Positions 1 to 14,724 of a DNA stretch of 64,000 nt are shown piece by piece. The notes below the pieces were generated by a model. It made no database searches and had not been told where the DNA came from. It worked only from the letters and a program-made list of their open reading frames with translations. The translations under genes were made by a program, and so were the position numbers. This stretch comes from Octopus vulgaris (taxonomy: Eukaryota): contig OX597821.1 in NCBI GenBank assembly GCA_951406725.2, positions 60,140,001-60,204,000 of the forward strand, in the 5' to 3' direction. The first letter of the stretch is position 1, and each line of letters starts with the position of its first letter.

Positions 1-2025
1 GTTGTTATTGCAAAATCACTAAATGATCAGAAAAGCAAAGCTGCATCATTATCTTAAATTCTAATACAATATAGAGTCTGTTCAACAAAAGAAATCTACA
101 CTTAGACTAAAGAAGTTATCATACAAATCAGACGTATTATATGGCAGCTGTCTGGTAAGAGGAACACAGCTCGCCAACCTGGAAACTGTAAGCACACACA
201 CACACACAATCACAGAGATCCTTCCCATGTCATACAAACTCATAAGGCCAGTTTCCCAATTTTTGTGGTTCAGGATGCCAGTCCATCACAGAAATACTCA
301 TACTTGCCAGCTGAGTGGACCAGACGAAGTAACATGAAATGAAGTGTTTTGCTCAAGAACACAAAAACATCACTCAATCTTATGATAATGATTCCAACAC
401 CCTAACCACTATGCCATGCATCTCCATAAAAGCATGGAAAAAAATCAACCAAAGTGAGATATGAGGACAGAATGTAAAGCTGAAATAGTTGCCACAATAC
501 ATTTTTGACCGAAACTAACAGTTTGACAAATCTCTTTCATTACACACCATTTTCATCTTTTAACATCCACCTTTCCATGCTTTGATGTATCAGTATTTTT
601 TGAAGTAGATTTTCCACAGCCAGAAGCCCTTCCTGCTGCCAACCCTCACCTTTTTACCAAGAAAGCTATTTTTTCATGGCCAGACAGGTTTTCCAAGGAA
701 GACTACAAACAAAAAACATTGCTTGAAGAACATTGATGCTCATTGACAACCATCATGTAATGTTGAGACAAGGGTACACACACGCACAAGTGCACACACA
801 CATACATACACAGTTTTTGTCTACCAAACCTTTGGTTGGCCCAAAGCTATAGTACAAGACATTTGCCCAAGATGCTGCACAGTGGAACTGAACCTGAAAC
901 CACATGGTTGTGAAGCAAGCTTCTTAACCACAAAGCCACACATACAATCAATTAGAAGTTAGGGAAATATCTATTTAGAGGTACTATGTACACTACATTC
1001 CAATGCATATTTCAATCAATTTATAAATATTTAGTTCTGCAAAGTTCAAGTATGCACAATAATTTTTGTTTTTCCTTTTTTCAGAAAAATATTTCCCATA
1101 ATTCACTGCAACTATTGGCTTTATTTCTAGATCTATCATCACAGACATCATTATAACTAAACATTAGAATTACTAACCACTACCACAACAGTTGTAACTG
1201 ACATTACTGTTACTACTAGTTCTAACTGCATTAACACAGTCACTGTCCTGTTATCATCATCATCAACATCATCATAAATATGACAGAAGAGATTCCTTGA
1301 GGATAATTATGATAACGATGACAGTAATGAGGAGACACAGTTTTCACTGACAAATATTTTAAAATGACAGACAAGTTGCTATGGCAAACAAAATTATGCA
1401 AAAATAAATAAATAAATAAATAAAATAAACTTCTGATTTGTGTACGAAGTTTACATTTTAAAGTGCACAGGTCAAGTATTACAGACTACATGAATTTTTA
1501 TGCTTCTTTCTTCTTACATATTGATGTATTTTTTTTTTCATCTTTTACTGGTTCCAGTCATTGGACTCTGATCATTCAGGAGTGCCATCTTCAAACAAAC
1601 CAATCCCAGAACCTTTTTCTAAAGTTTGGTACTTATTCTACTGGTTATTATTTTTTTTTTTTTGCCTAACCTCTAAGTTACAGAGATCTAAACAAACCAA
1701 CACTAGTTGTCAAAACAGTAGTGGGCATGTGTGTGTGTGGGGGGGGGGGGAATTGCAATCACATAAAAGGACACACACATCTACAAATACATATAGATAG
1801 ATACATATACATATTAACTAAAAATATACATGATCATTAATATTTTTCAAACAAAATAACAGCTGGCTCATACAATCTAAGTTTCCATCCATCTTCTCAT
1901 CACTGCCCACTATTCCAGAGAATATTGAGAGGATAGAATTCTCAGGCACCTCCTCCATAGGAAAGAACCATCATAACACTGCCCTGCTGGATTCCCAAAC
2001 ATGAACAACTGTGACTATGGATATT

Positions 2026-2238
2026 CTTTTTTACTCTAGGCCAAGACCTGAAATTTTGGGGAAGGGGCCAGTCGATTAGATTGACCTCAGTATGCAATTG
2101 GTACTTAATTTATCGACCCCGAAAGGATGAAACGCAAAGTCGACCATGGCAGAATTTGAACACAGAACGTAAAGACAGATGAAATACTGCCAAACATTTT
2201 GCCCAGCATGCTAATGTTTCTGCCAGCTCACCACTTTA
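2026..2238 (-). mobile_element. tRNA-derived SINE (family with central CCTTTCATCCTTTCGGGGTCGATAAATTAAGTACC) with 15-bp target-site duplication
   Basis: Pol III A box (TGGCAGAAACATTAG) and B box (GTTCAAATTC). TSD GTGACTATGGATATT at 2011-2025 and 2239-2253. Related copies near 11180, 18150, 18370, 19975, 42445 and 53955. Confidence 0.85.
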
Positions 2239-2519
2239 GTGACTATGGATATTATTGAATCATCTTGCTTCTGGTCTACCCCTAAGTTTATCAAGTAATA
2301 TTTCACCAATCAGTGACACATTAATAACATTTTTTTTTTTACAAGAAGAGAAAAAAGAAAAAAGCATTAATAGTATAAAAGATCAAATAATTGAGGAAAA
2401 AAACCCACAACTACCCTCACCATAGTACAAAGAAAAACAAAGAAAAATAACAAAAGGGGGAATTAAGCAGCCGAAGATGATGGGTGGGAGTAACAGTTTG
2501 TTCACCCCAGAACAAATGG

Positions 2520-2750
2520 CATGTTTAGCCACACCTTGCAGACATGAGTGCAAAGGTAATACCACAGGGAATGGTCAGTGACACTTGCTGCAGCAGCCAC
2601 CCCACCTTGTAGGGCTCGTTTCTCAGATATGCCACATATATCCCAATTTTGTGGAGGAAATCAGCAGTGCAGAGTTCAAGAAGACCTGAGGTCTCCACAG
2701 TGACTAGCTGAACTAGTTTTCTCATTCTCTGTTCTATTCCAAAACACACA
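2520..2750 (-). mobile_element. C-terminal fragment of a CRE/R2-group (restriction-like endonuclease) non-LTR retrotransposon
   Basis: VTVETSGLL...ADFLHKIG...RNEPYKVGWLLQQVSLTIPCG resembles the CRE-clade tail AVETLG.WG..A..FL..IG......DPRE..FL.QRISLAIQRGN. Confidence 0.6.
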
Positions 2751-4325
2751 GCTTTTGCAACTATGTATCCAAACCAACCATTGACAAAATCCAGTATCCA
2801 GTGGATGAATCAACATCATTCCAGCTTGATATTATAACACAAACTTAAAAGCCCAAATTCTCCCATCAGATCTAAACCAACACAAAACACAATCATTCAT
2901 TAAAATTAATCATGACATTTCAGCCTTTGAACTGGGCTGCCTATAATCTCAATTTACAAGAAACTAAACTTGACACATATCAACTTCACCAACACCCGGT
3001 GTAACTACTACTAGAGTTTTCAATTACATTTGCTTAAACTAGAGATCAAAACAAAGGCATTATGATCTACTATACTCACACAAGAAACTATGTATGGTAG
3101 TATATGTAAGATATACTAGATGTTCTAAAACCAGGTAGTAACATAATATTTTATACCTAGAGGTATACCTAGAACCAACAGGCTTCAGGTAAGTAGTTGA
3201 GTGGCTAATTCTGAGTTATCACTTTCTTTAAACAGAAAAGACTGAGGCAACCCATCACAACAGCCATTTTGGTGAATCTTGTCACTTATTTGCAGATATT
3301 TTCAATAGACATAGGTGTGACTGTGTGGTTAAGAAGCTTGCTTCCTAACTGCATGGTTCCGGGTTCAGGCCCTCTGTGAGGCACCTTGACTAAGTGTCTT
3401 CTACTTTAGTCCGAAGCCAACCAAAGCCTTGTGAGTGGATTTGGTAGAAAGACGCTGAAAGAAAGCCACTGTGTGTGAGTGTGTATGTATGTATATATAT
3501 TTCATGCTGGACTGCTGAAATCTACAATTTTTTCATTCTCTCTCTTTCTATTTTATCTTATTCCTTTCTGTTGAAGTGCGTAGGCTCAAAACATAAAAGA
3601 CTTCTTCATTTTCCTGAGCATCAAACTAATACACTTGCTTGTTGTTCATACACCTGTTTTCATCTTTTATTTTTCAATAAATTTCAACTATATACACACA
3701 TACACACACACACACACACACAAATGTGCATGTTTAGATAGTTGCATAATAGTTGTAAATGAGCGCCACTGTCATAGTGACTATGGATATTATTGAATCA
3801 TCTTGCTTCTGGTCTACCTCTAAGTTTATCAAGTAATATTTCACCAATATTTGTTTCCAATATTCTGCAAATACATGCCAGGTAATGGAAATATTTTCTT
3901 GCTTGGAAACAAGTAAAGGTTGGCAACAGGAAAGGCATGCAGCAATAGAAAATCTTCCTCCAGTATACTTTGTCTGACTCATGCAAGCTTGGAAAAGTGA
4001 ATGTTATGATAGTGATGATGATCTACTTTAATTATAATACCAATGTAATTAATTAATTCTCTTCATATTCATATATTTGAATAAGCATGTCTATATTAAA
4101 GCAATGTTATGTTAATCACCCCTAATGAAATACTCAGGGTAGGTCAAATAAACTAAGTACAATAATTAACATGCACCACACGAATGATACAATACAGTGT
4201 TACCAAACAGTAATTTTCAGAACAGTAGTGCAAGAATTTAATTATTCACCCCACTGTGCTTCCATAGTTGAACAGAATTTTTTTTTTTTTTTATGAAACA
4301 ATAAACATCAAGTAACCTTTATTAA

Positions 4326-4568
4326 CCCTTTTGTTACCATATTTCTGTGGAAATACACAGTCTTTGTTTCAATTAATTTGGAAAATAATTAAGAATTTAA
4401 TAAATTAATTAAGAATTTAGTAAAATAACTGTCATTATTAAGCTGGTGTTTGGAACATAAATTAACAGGAAATTTTGTTGGAATGCTTTCATTTAGATCG
4501 CTTTAAAACAGGAAGTTTGCATCATAGATCCAGGGGCATTCTTGGGCGGGAGGTTGATAATGAAAGGA
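4326..4568. mobile_element. TTAA-flanked piggyBac-like MITE
   Basis: TTAA|CCCTTT...AAAGGA|TTAA; an inverted copy of the same family lies at 46929-47149. Confidence 0.7.
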
Positions 4569-5553
4569 TTAAGATTAAGAATGGAAACTGCTATGACTTG
4601 TTATATTAGGCACTAAAGGCAATTTACAAGAATTTGCATTCACTAAGTTGGCAAAAAAAATTTCAGATGAATTTTGCATCTAAAATCTATAATGATATCA
4701 ACAGTCAAAATGCAGGTAACTATTTGAATCTTTAATTTGAAAAAGAGCTGTCAAATTTCCAGAAAATGCATTTGTTGCGTGAATAAGTGAGGCATAGTTC
4801 AATTCTTGTCAAGGAGGCTCACTTTTGAATGTTATAGCTTTAAAATGTTTACTGATTATCAAAATGTCCGTATGAAAAAAATCTAAGGTATATTATACAT
4901 CTTAATATACAGAAAGCCAAGTCACATGTCCATTACATTTGTGTGTTGCATTCTCTCTGTTTCACACTGGAAAGAGAAAGCAGTGGCTGTGCTAAAGGAA
5001 AGGAAAGAGGGAACCAGATCAAAAATACTAGAAAGACATGTAGGAGATTAACAGATAAGGAGGGAGAAAAATGAAATGACCAGAAGTTGATGGTGAGACA
5101 AGTAGTCATGTGGGCAGACAGAGCAATATAGAAAGGAATGGTAAAAAGAGAGAGCATTAGTAAAAAGAGATGGTAAAAAGATAGAGCTCTACAATAGAGG
5201 GGGGAATTAGAAAGGTAACGCAATAAAATAATGAGAAGTATGCAAGGAGTGAAAGAATGATAGGAAAACAATAGATAGAATGACAGTAATAGAAAATTCT
5301 TGGGAAACTGAAGAGAAGAGGTGGAGGCACAGTAAATTTTCATTAAGAGAAAAAGTGAAAGCAATATATATAGATGGAGAGGAAGAGAAGATATAATGAT
5401 GTATGTAAGTTATACAGTAAAAATAACAAAAGAGAGAAATACATCAAAAGATAAAGGATCAAGGCTTGATTTTTGATGGGTACTACATTAGCAAAAATAT
5501 AACTTTTACGAGAAGTGGGGGGGGGGGGCAGTGATTTAAAAGTTTCAGCCTGC

Positions 5554-5595
5554 TGGTCTGATGAAGGCTGGCAAACTGAAACTATGAAGTCACTA
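5554..5595 (+). ncRNA. Degenerate minimal type I hammerhead inside an inverted-repeat element
   Basis: UGGU CUGAUGA aggcuggcaaacu GAAA C uaugaa G UC ACUA: core intact, stem II weakened. Confidence 0.5.
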
Positions 5596-6014
5596 TCACC
5601 TCCACTTTCTGTAAAAGTTTAATAAACATGTACTCTAATGAAAGTATTGAGTAACTCCTCAATTTAATGTTAAATGGTTTTTATATATAACTTGATACAA
5701 AAACAATATATATATGTATATGAGTGTGAGTGTAGAGAGAGAGAGAGAGAGAGAGGGAAAGAAAGAGAGAGAGGTGAAGAGATGGACAAACAAATAAGAT
5801 ATAAGGAAGAATTCAATAACTGGATGCATGTTCTAACTCATGCTTTGCCTCTCACAAATTGCTTTAGTAATTTAAACTAGCACAGTAGTTAGTACAGGAA
5901 CACACACACATACACACAATATATCTGTTCACCTTCCCATTCATTCATATTCCTACTACTGCTACAACAACTCTATTGATGATAGTGGTAATGATGCTGA
6001 TACCATCCCTCTCT

Positions 6015-6058
<44 letters not shown>

Positions 6059-9000
6059 GTGAGTAAATTGCTTTCAGGTGAATCTTCAATAGATAATTTT
6101 CTCTGAAATCTTGCAAAGCGGAATATATTAAAATAAACCATTAGATTTCTTGTTCAGTTTTTAAACTTAATACGCAGAAAATGTATTTATTTATTCATTT
6201 CTGTGCGGAGAGCCAAGTCCATTTCTGAAACACATAGTCAAGGCTATAATTTATGAGAGTGAGCCAGCTGTCCAACCAGGTTTGCTTTGTGAGGAAGAGA
6301 GAAAGACAGACAGACTGACAGAGTGAGTGAGTGAGTGAGTGAGAGAGAGAGTAAGAAAGAGAGAAAGTATTTGTAAATGAAAAATTTATATGAGTGAGCA
6401 TAAGAGAAAGTGTGTATGCATACGTATGTGTATATATATATATAGAGAGAAATATATATATATGTATGCTTGTGTGGTTTTGAGTATAAATAATTTTATA
6501 TATAGTTATAGATAAAGCAGTCAAATTTTTATTTGAAGGAGTACTCAATAACTTTAAATAGAATAACAAATGTATGTATTTATTCTTTCCCTGGTTTCAG
6601 TCATTGGACTGTGGCATACTGGAGCAACATCTTTTCTTTTTCTTTCTTTTTTATTTATCACAATCATCCACGTATCTATATAAGTCTGGTACATATTTTA
6701 TCAATCTCTATTTGTCAAACTGCTAAGATAAAAAAAAATGAAACTGTAATTCTTTAGATTTAAAATTCCAATGTTTGCACAACAGTAACATGAATTTTTT
6801 ATTTTTTTATTTTATTTTTTTTTGTCTTTAGAGGGACAGATATTTAAAATTTCTAAGACATAAAGACCATCTTTTATCTTTTCACTTGTAGCATGGACTA
6901 CAGCCATGCTGGGGCATTGCTTTGAAGGGTTTTGAGTTAAATAAATTGACCCCAGTACATATTTTTAAGTCTGGCACTTTTGTATTGATATCTTTTGCTG
7001 AACTGCTGAGTCACAAGGATGTAAACAAACCAACACATGTTGTCAAGCATTAAGGAAGACAAGCACACATACAAGCTTCTAACTTGCCAGCTCCTGCCAA
7101 GCCATCCAACCCATGCCAGCGTGGAAAACAGATATCAAATGATGATGATGATGATGGCATACAATAAGCTTCCAGGCAGTTTCTTTCTACCAAACTCAGT
7201 CACAAGACATTGGTTAGCTTGGGGTTATAGCAGAAAATACCTGCCCAAAATGCTACACAGTGAGACTAAATGTGAAACCAGGTAGTTGCAAAATGAGTTG
7301 TGTGTATATACATTTTTTGGTATTTGTTTTATACTAGTTTAAAAGCCACACTCCATGCGGACTTTTAAGCCAGCTCCTACAGAAGGCTAAATGGGCCAGC
7401 AGCCTAAAACTAAAGAGAGCTAAATAGCATGACTATAAAATGTCTATAATGACTATATGACCCAGTAGTGTTTGATCAGAGGTTAAAGACAGATGAGAAT
7501 TAATTCTGTAATGCAATCATTCCATTGTTCCAGTCTCAAGTTGAATTCCAACTTTTGGCCAATTTGTCCCAAAGTTCTTATCTCAAAGTAAAATTAACGA
7601 AGCAAATGTCATTTATCTCCCCCTTGATCTCTGACATCATCTGACAAACGCCAACCAAGATGGCATGAGTCAAGTAGAAATAGCAACCCAAATGCTTTTA
7701 AATCAGATCGCAATGGTGGATGTTCAACAACCAAATAAAGGGTAAGTTTTCAATCCCGGGATCATCCTAATTCAAAAAAAAGTTATATGTCTGTGTAGAG
7801 CAAATGTAGACTGAGATACAGGGGGCCTGGACAAACAGAATTTTGTGTTTGTTATTATAATAGATAGCAGCTGTTGAACAATAGTACTGTTAATAACAGG
7901 TTTCCAACGAGCTAATCAATTCTTTCAAACAAGAATGCATCTAAACATTGATGCCCTGTTAGAACACCAAATACTGCATTATTTGCCTTGAGAGATCCTC
8001 TCATATAGGTGCTTGGTGCATAAAAGCATACACATAGATCACAGCAGACAAAAGTCATCTGTCATGGGAGCCACACATAAAAGCATATATTTATTAGAAG
8101 AGATATTAATAGTTATTGCCAAGCTAACATGGCAGTCCAGAAAAATAGGACAAATGCTGGGCAACATTTGTCCTACTTTTCTGAACTGCCATGATAGCTT
8201 GGTAATAACTATTAATATCCAGTACCGCTGCTGTTGCCTCCTTTAGAGAGACTCGGAAATATTAATATTTCTATATTAGAAGGGAGTTTCTTTGAAAAGA
8301 ACCTGATATTTTAAACTTTTTTGATAATATTTACAACAGCAGCATAGAAAGAATATGTGCCACTTGGAGCAGCCCCTGAGTTTACACACACCTCCCCTCC
8401 TCACACAGACCCAGGCATCCAAGCTTAATATAGGCTTATGCAGCATATCTAAAACTGCTGCCCCAATAAAAGCATCATCTGGGACAGACTCTTCCCCACC
8501 CAACAACAGTACTGATTTACATATCACACAATGGGCTTCTGTACAGTTTCCATCTAACAAATTCAACTCACAAGGTACTATGGTCAATTTGAAGCTATTA
8601 CACGATACATACACAAAGTAGGGTGTAATGTGACCAAGCCTTGAAACCATATGTGTACTACTTAGCTAAACAGCATTGCCTGTGCCCATTGTGATTTGCA
8701 ACTGACTGTCAATGGAATGCTTTTAAATCGAGAAATTGAAGAGTTGCCTAATATCCAAGGCTTCTCAAACGACCCAGCAATGAGATTAAACTAACCTCTT
8801 TAAGCAACAAAAGTACTTTATGATCAATGATGTGTTATTAAGTTACAGTGCTGACCTCAAACCCATTCAGGAGCATGGTCAAGAATGACTTTTAATGAAT
8901 GAAAACAAAGATATTTGGTAATACAACACCAAAGCATTGTAACCTGTATGCTCGTGTGTATGGGTGCCTGTATGGCTGTATATGTACATATGTATGAGAG

Positions 9001-10306
9001 TTAGAGAGAGAGGGGTAAGTTAAAAGAAAAGAAGAGAAATATATATATTATGGAGAATATAAGTATTCCAAATAACACAAGGAAAAAACATAATTACTGC
9101 ATTTGAAAAGTAATATAATACTATACACAAATACAGTCTGCATTAGGGCTGCATGGTGTGTGTGTGTGTGCCGTCCATTCATTAATGTCATTCATTCATA
9201 AGAACCTCTCAGTTGTTTGTTACTAATGTTCCCCAGCATACCTTTTTAGGTGATATAATAGAGATAGATAAAACATTATTTAAAATGAAAGGAGAAGAAC
9301 AGGTAGCTTCAAGATAATTATAGTAAATGACTGATATGACCGAATAGATAAGGTATCCAGCTTTATGAAATATTTCATACATGTATGTATTCACACACAC
9401 ACACACACACACACAAACGTAAACACACATCCAAACATATATGAAGCTGAAGTTTCATTGCAAATTTGAGTTTCAGAACTCAAGAACTCAACTTTTCACC
9501 ATGACTTTCAAACTTAAGATAAATAAATAGGCTATTCTGCAATATGTTTTGAATACTCTCTCTGTCTCTGTCTGCCTGTCTCTCTCTGTTTGTAAATTCA
9601 AATGTAAACATATGCACACACTGTTATATACATGTGTGTGTGTGTGTGTGTGTAATTATTATTATTATTGCTGAAAATAGACACAAGATATTTTGTATTA
9701 TATGATAACAAAAAAACCTAAGCGGTGATTGACTGAGCAGTCAATGGCTTACAAATAAAGAAGTGAGGCACAGAGCAGAAAACATGGATGATTCAAAACC
9801 CTCCTAATCTCATTTATGTGTTAGATGGGTATAGTCACTTAACACAGATATTTGCACACATTAAAGGCATGTGGCCTAGTGGTTAGAGCATTGCACTTAG
9901 GATCATTCGATCATGGTTTCAATTCCTAGACCAGGTGACACATTGTGTCCTTGATCAAAACACTTCATTTCACATTACTCAAGTTGACTCAGCCATACAT
10001 GAATACCCCTGTGATGGACTGGTGTCCCATTCAAGAGGAATATTCTTATCTCAGTCGCTTATACATCATGAAAACTGGGTAACTGGCCTGATGAGTCCTA
10101 GGGTTTAAGACAGGACTACATATATGTAAACATTAGTGAACATACTAAAAAACGAAACCAAACGTCTCATGGAATCAAGTTTAAAGACTTTAATGTCTTA
10201 TGTTTCAGATTTCTCTTTTTGTTTTTTTTGTTTCTTTTTTGTTTTTTTTGTTGTTTTTTTACCTTCCATTCCATTAGTTTTGATAAAATAAACATCGGTA
10301 GCTTAC

Positions 10307-10376
10307 AAGAGGAATGAAACCTATGGACAATATATTCATCATTTTATTATATGTGTGTCTGTGCACGATAGCGAAA
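10307..10376 (-). CDS. Weak candidate downstream exon (70 nt; FAIVHRHTYNKMMNILSIGFIPL)
   Basis: Acceptor gtttatttcag and donor CTT|GTAAGC. Only the phase-2 frame is open, which is the phase left by the 54267 exon. Could be chance. Confidence 0.25.
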
Positions 10377-11632
10377 CTGAAATAAACTAACACAATCAAG
10401 CATGAAACTAGATGTGCCTATGACAGAAGGTTCTGCGAATGAACTCAGTGTGAGGAATACGACAATAAACCATTATGTAATATGACTATAATAAAGTTTT
10501 AAGATGAAACAAATAAACCAACATGGAATATGCCAGTGTGAATTACTTCAAGCAGAGACAGAGAGAGAGAGACTCTGTGTGTGTATGCATGTCTGTGTGC
10601 AATACGCAAAATCAGATCAGCAGGAATGCAAGCGAAATGATCAAAAGGCAACATAGAAAGATAGCTAGATAACTGGACAGACAGATGCAGCTATAGAATG
10701 AATTACTAAAAGCCATTTAACCAGAAATAAATTCATCAGGATGAGATACCTGTTTAGAGTTTAGAAGTGAAGGGATTTATTTCCAGAATTCTCTCAGCAT
10801 ACAGGTCACTGACATTAAGAGTGGTGGTGATGGTAGTGGTGGGCTCTTTAATAACCCCATACAAATGACCAGTGTGCTGGGCATTTAGAAACCACAAAGC
10901 AGAATTCACAGGCAAGATATTGGATGTTGGAAAATATCAGAAAAGTTTCCTGAATCTCATTGACCACAGCTGGGCATTAGCACACTTCAGAACCAGATTC
11001 AAATACCATAAATGGACATTAACCAAACACCATAGCAGAACAACTTGCTGACCAAAGCTGGACAACAGCATAGCTAAGGCAGTAAACCTAACAAAGAAAT
11101 CAATAAATAAAATACTAGAATTACTAAAAAAAAAAATAAATAAAAAAAAGCATTGTGTGATATGGTGATGATAATGATAATTCCTTTCTATTGTAGACAC
11201 AAGGCCTGAAATTTGTGGGGGCTAGTTGATTACATTGACCCCCCCAGTGCTCAAGTGGTACACATTTTATTGACTGCCAAAAGGATGAAAGGCAAAGTCA
11301 ACCTTGGTAGAATTTGAACTCAGAATAAAGAACTGGACAAAATGCTTAGCAGCATTTTGCTCAGCATGCTAGTGATTCTGTCAGATCACTACTGATCATA
11401 TCTTCCACAAAAGTAACAAATATAATAATACAATGCAGTATAGTGCAATACAAGGGATATAAATGGGGTTTTACAAATAGATAAATATATACTCATCATC
11501 ACCATTTTACATAAAGATAATCTAAGGTTTCAGGATAACAAAAAGTTCAAAACAATCTCTTAGAGAATCAGAGCACAGAATACCATCTTTTCTGGATAAC
11601 TGATCCTTTTAACACATTTTAATCAGCTCCGA

Positions 11633-11812
11633 ATGGTCAGTGGCAAGAGAGGAAGAGGCCGACCAAGAACCTGCTGGCTTGACACCATCAAGAGGGATAC
11701 TGGAATGGACATAGCCAATCTGAAAGAAGCGGCCCAGGATAGAACTGACTGGAGGACACTGATCCAACGAGTGACCGAGAGTCGACTTCAACTGAGCGGA
11801 TAGATAGATAGA
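11633..11812 (+). mobile_element. 3' fragment of an RTE/BovB-like LINE
   Basis: VSGKRGRGRPRTCWLDTIKRDTGMDIANLKEAAQDRTDWRTLIQRVTESRLQLSG* followed by a (GATA)n tail. Confidence 0.8.
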
Positions 11813-12568
11813 ATTAGCATTTAATGTCTACGTTCCATACTGGCACGAGTTGGACAATTTGACAGTATCTGACTAATCTGAGGGTAGCATTGGTCTCCAG
11901 TTACTGCTTTTTGGCAAGATTTCTGCAGTTGGATGCCTTTCCTAATGCCAGCCACTTTACAGAGTGTACTAGGTGCTGTTTTTTTGTGGCACCAGCACTA
12001 GTGAAATCAAAGGAAAGCAACAATGTTTGTTATCATTTTATATAAGTCAAGCAACTACACAACTATTTCATCTAAACTGCATCCCAAAAGTGAAGAATAT
12101 CTTCTTCAAGACCAGAAAATACTTCAGTTCTAAGCAATTTCTGATTCTTTAGAAGGTAATAAGTAACCTTTCACATTAGACAGCTAACATATATTGAGAC
12201 AATGAAAATTCTATACATGCAAATATTTGTGTCTTTCAGAGACAAACCAGAAAGCCTTCACTACAATTGCTTGGTCACTAATAAACAATGTCATCTTTAT
12301 TTTATCTGTTGCAATGATCTCTGCCCCATTCAAACTGTATACCACCATTGTCCAAACTTCTGAACACACTTATTCTTGTCAATCAAACAGATCTAATTTC
12401 CTTGCTGCTTTTATTCGATTTTATGTTTAATATGAACATTAACTATGTCGACTTCAACAAACAGGTGAACCTATATGTGGTCATTCAAACTGCTAGAAAT
12501 AGCAGCCAAATCTTTCAAATCATGTCCTACTGTCTTACAAAAGAACAGATTCATTTAGTCATGTAGCC

Positions 12569-12617
<49 letters not shown>

Positions 12618-14692
12618 GAGAGAGAGAGAGAGAGAGAGAGAGATATTATATCAATCATCATCATTTTAATGCCTACCTTTCCCTGCTTGTATGAATTGGA
12701 TGAGGTTTATTGAAGCAGATTTTCTATAGAAATGCCCTATGGGTTGCCAACTCACATCTATTTCCAAGCAAGGTATTTCCTCGTGGCCATACATGTTTTT
12801 GCAGAATATTGGAAATGAATAACATTGTTCATATGACTATGTCACTAACTTACAACTGTCATGTGATGCCAAGGCAAAGACATACAGAATGGGTTTCTGG
12901 TAGAAGACACTCACCTAAGATGCCATGCAATAGGACTGAACCCCAAACTATGTGGTTAGAAAACAAACTTCTCAACCAAACAGCCATGCTTATACCTCTG
13001 TGTGTGTGTTTGTAATTAAACACTCCCTATTTAAACAGTGAATAACAAACTCTAAAATATCAGTTTGAAAACCGCTTTTAAGCAAGAAACTCCTTTCAGA
13101 GTTACCTTTTGTAAACACCTAATAACTTATAAACATTTAATTATTAGAGTGGAAAAATTATCAGAAAAGCCATTTCTATTCATCTTTTAGAACCACGATT
13201 CAACTATAATACCAGTAAAGGTGATTATAAGACCAGAATTCAATTCGCTTCAAAAAGTAATGCTATCACCTTCAACTGAATACCAACACAGGAAGCTTCT
13301 TTGAATTTCGTTCACTTTGAAAACGTCATAAGTGATGGACCCTTGATGAAATTGCAGCAACTAGAATGCATAATTGCATACAAAGCAATTTGTAGTTGCT
13401 GCAGTAGAAACATATGTTGGTCATTGTTATATTTGCTGTAGAAAACCTTTTAATAAAAAAGTTTTCAATGTGAATAAATTTTCATTCTTCTCAAAACAAA
13501 TAACAAGGTACCATAGTAAGAAAGCCATCCTACGTCTGATTTAGGACTAACATGGGGATAAACAACTTCACTAATCTCTAATCTGAAAGAACTCTCAAGG
13601 GCTGCAAACATTTCCACATCTTTAAACCTGATTAATCTTTTTAAATACCCCTCCCCCCCGCAAATATTTCATAATTATGCTGTTTTGTAATCGATAAGAA
13701 GTGATTAAACGCTATTTAAAATCATCTAATTGCAACATTTCTATATAAGGCTAAGTTGAAGCAAAATTAAGAAATATATCTGAGTGGCAAATGAGAGGTT
13801 CAAAAAATGGTTAAGGTGATGGGATTTCTAAGGGATTATTATAACAGACTAGAGGATATGAATCATGCATCAAAATTTATACTGCACTTCTGAATTCTCT
13901 GTTATTTTAGCTGCTGTAATTCTCACCATCACCATCAATATGTAACGTCCATTTTGCCATGCTTGCATAAGTCAAACAGAATTTTTTGAGGAAGATGTTC
14001 AATGGCAGGATCTCCTTCCTTTTCCCAACCCTTACCTGTTTCCAAGCAAGGTAATAATTCTCCATGGCCAGACATGATTTTCCATGGTTGATTATGAATG
14101 AACAACCTTGTTTGTAAGACAATGATGCTTGTTTACAACCATCACATGATATCAAATCAAGAGTACACACAATCACACAATCTCTCTCTCTCACACACAC
14201 ACAGAGGCTCTTTTCAGATTCTGTATCTACCAAATCTACTCACAAGGCATTGGTCAGCTTGAGGCTTAAGTAGAAGGCACTTGCCCAAAGTGCTGCACCA
14301 TGAGACTGATCCCAAGACCACATGGTTGGGAAGCAAACTTCTTAACCACACAACCATATTTGCACTTTTCATATAAAATATTTCAGATATGCCTTATATT
14401 TTAATCTCTCCATTTAATCCATGAATTATAATACACCTTTCCAACACACACACACATTTTTATAACACTGAATGTGTGAGAGAGATAGAGATTGAGTGAG
14501 ATGGTGCATGGGTGTGTGTGTGTGGACACACAGCTAGGTAAACAGAGTGAACAAATAATGGTTATGGGGAACACATCCCCACTGCTCAATAAAGAAAAAA
14601 TAACAATAGCGAACAAAAATAAAGGTATTCACATTAATGGCTTACACCCACACACATTGGGATCTACCAATATATCATCACCAACATTATTA

Positions 14693-14724
<32 letters not shown>

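Noticed and set aside
7900-8790. Possible exon(s) or RNase H-containing LINE remnant (ORFs 8013, 8276, 8355)
   Set aside because: Only faint motif resemblance (IHIDHS versus IYTDGS) and no convincing splice sites; too degraded to call.
10085-10122. CTGATGAGTCC...GGAC hammerhead-like start
   Set aside because: No GAAA box or stem I/III partner follows; it sits in a SINE 3' end.
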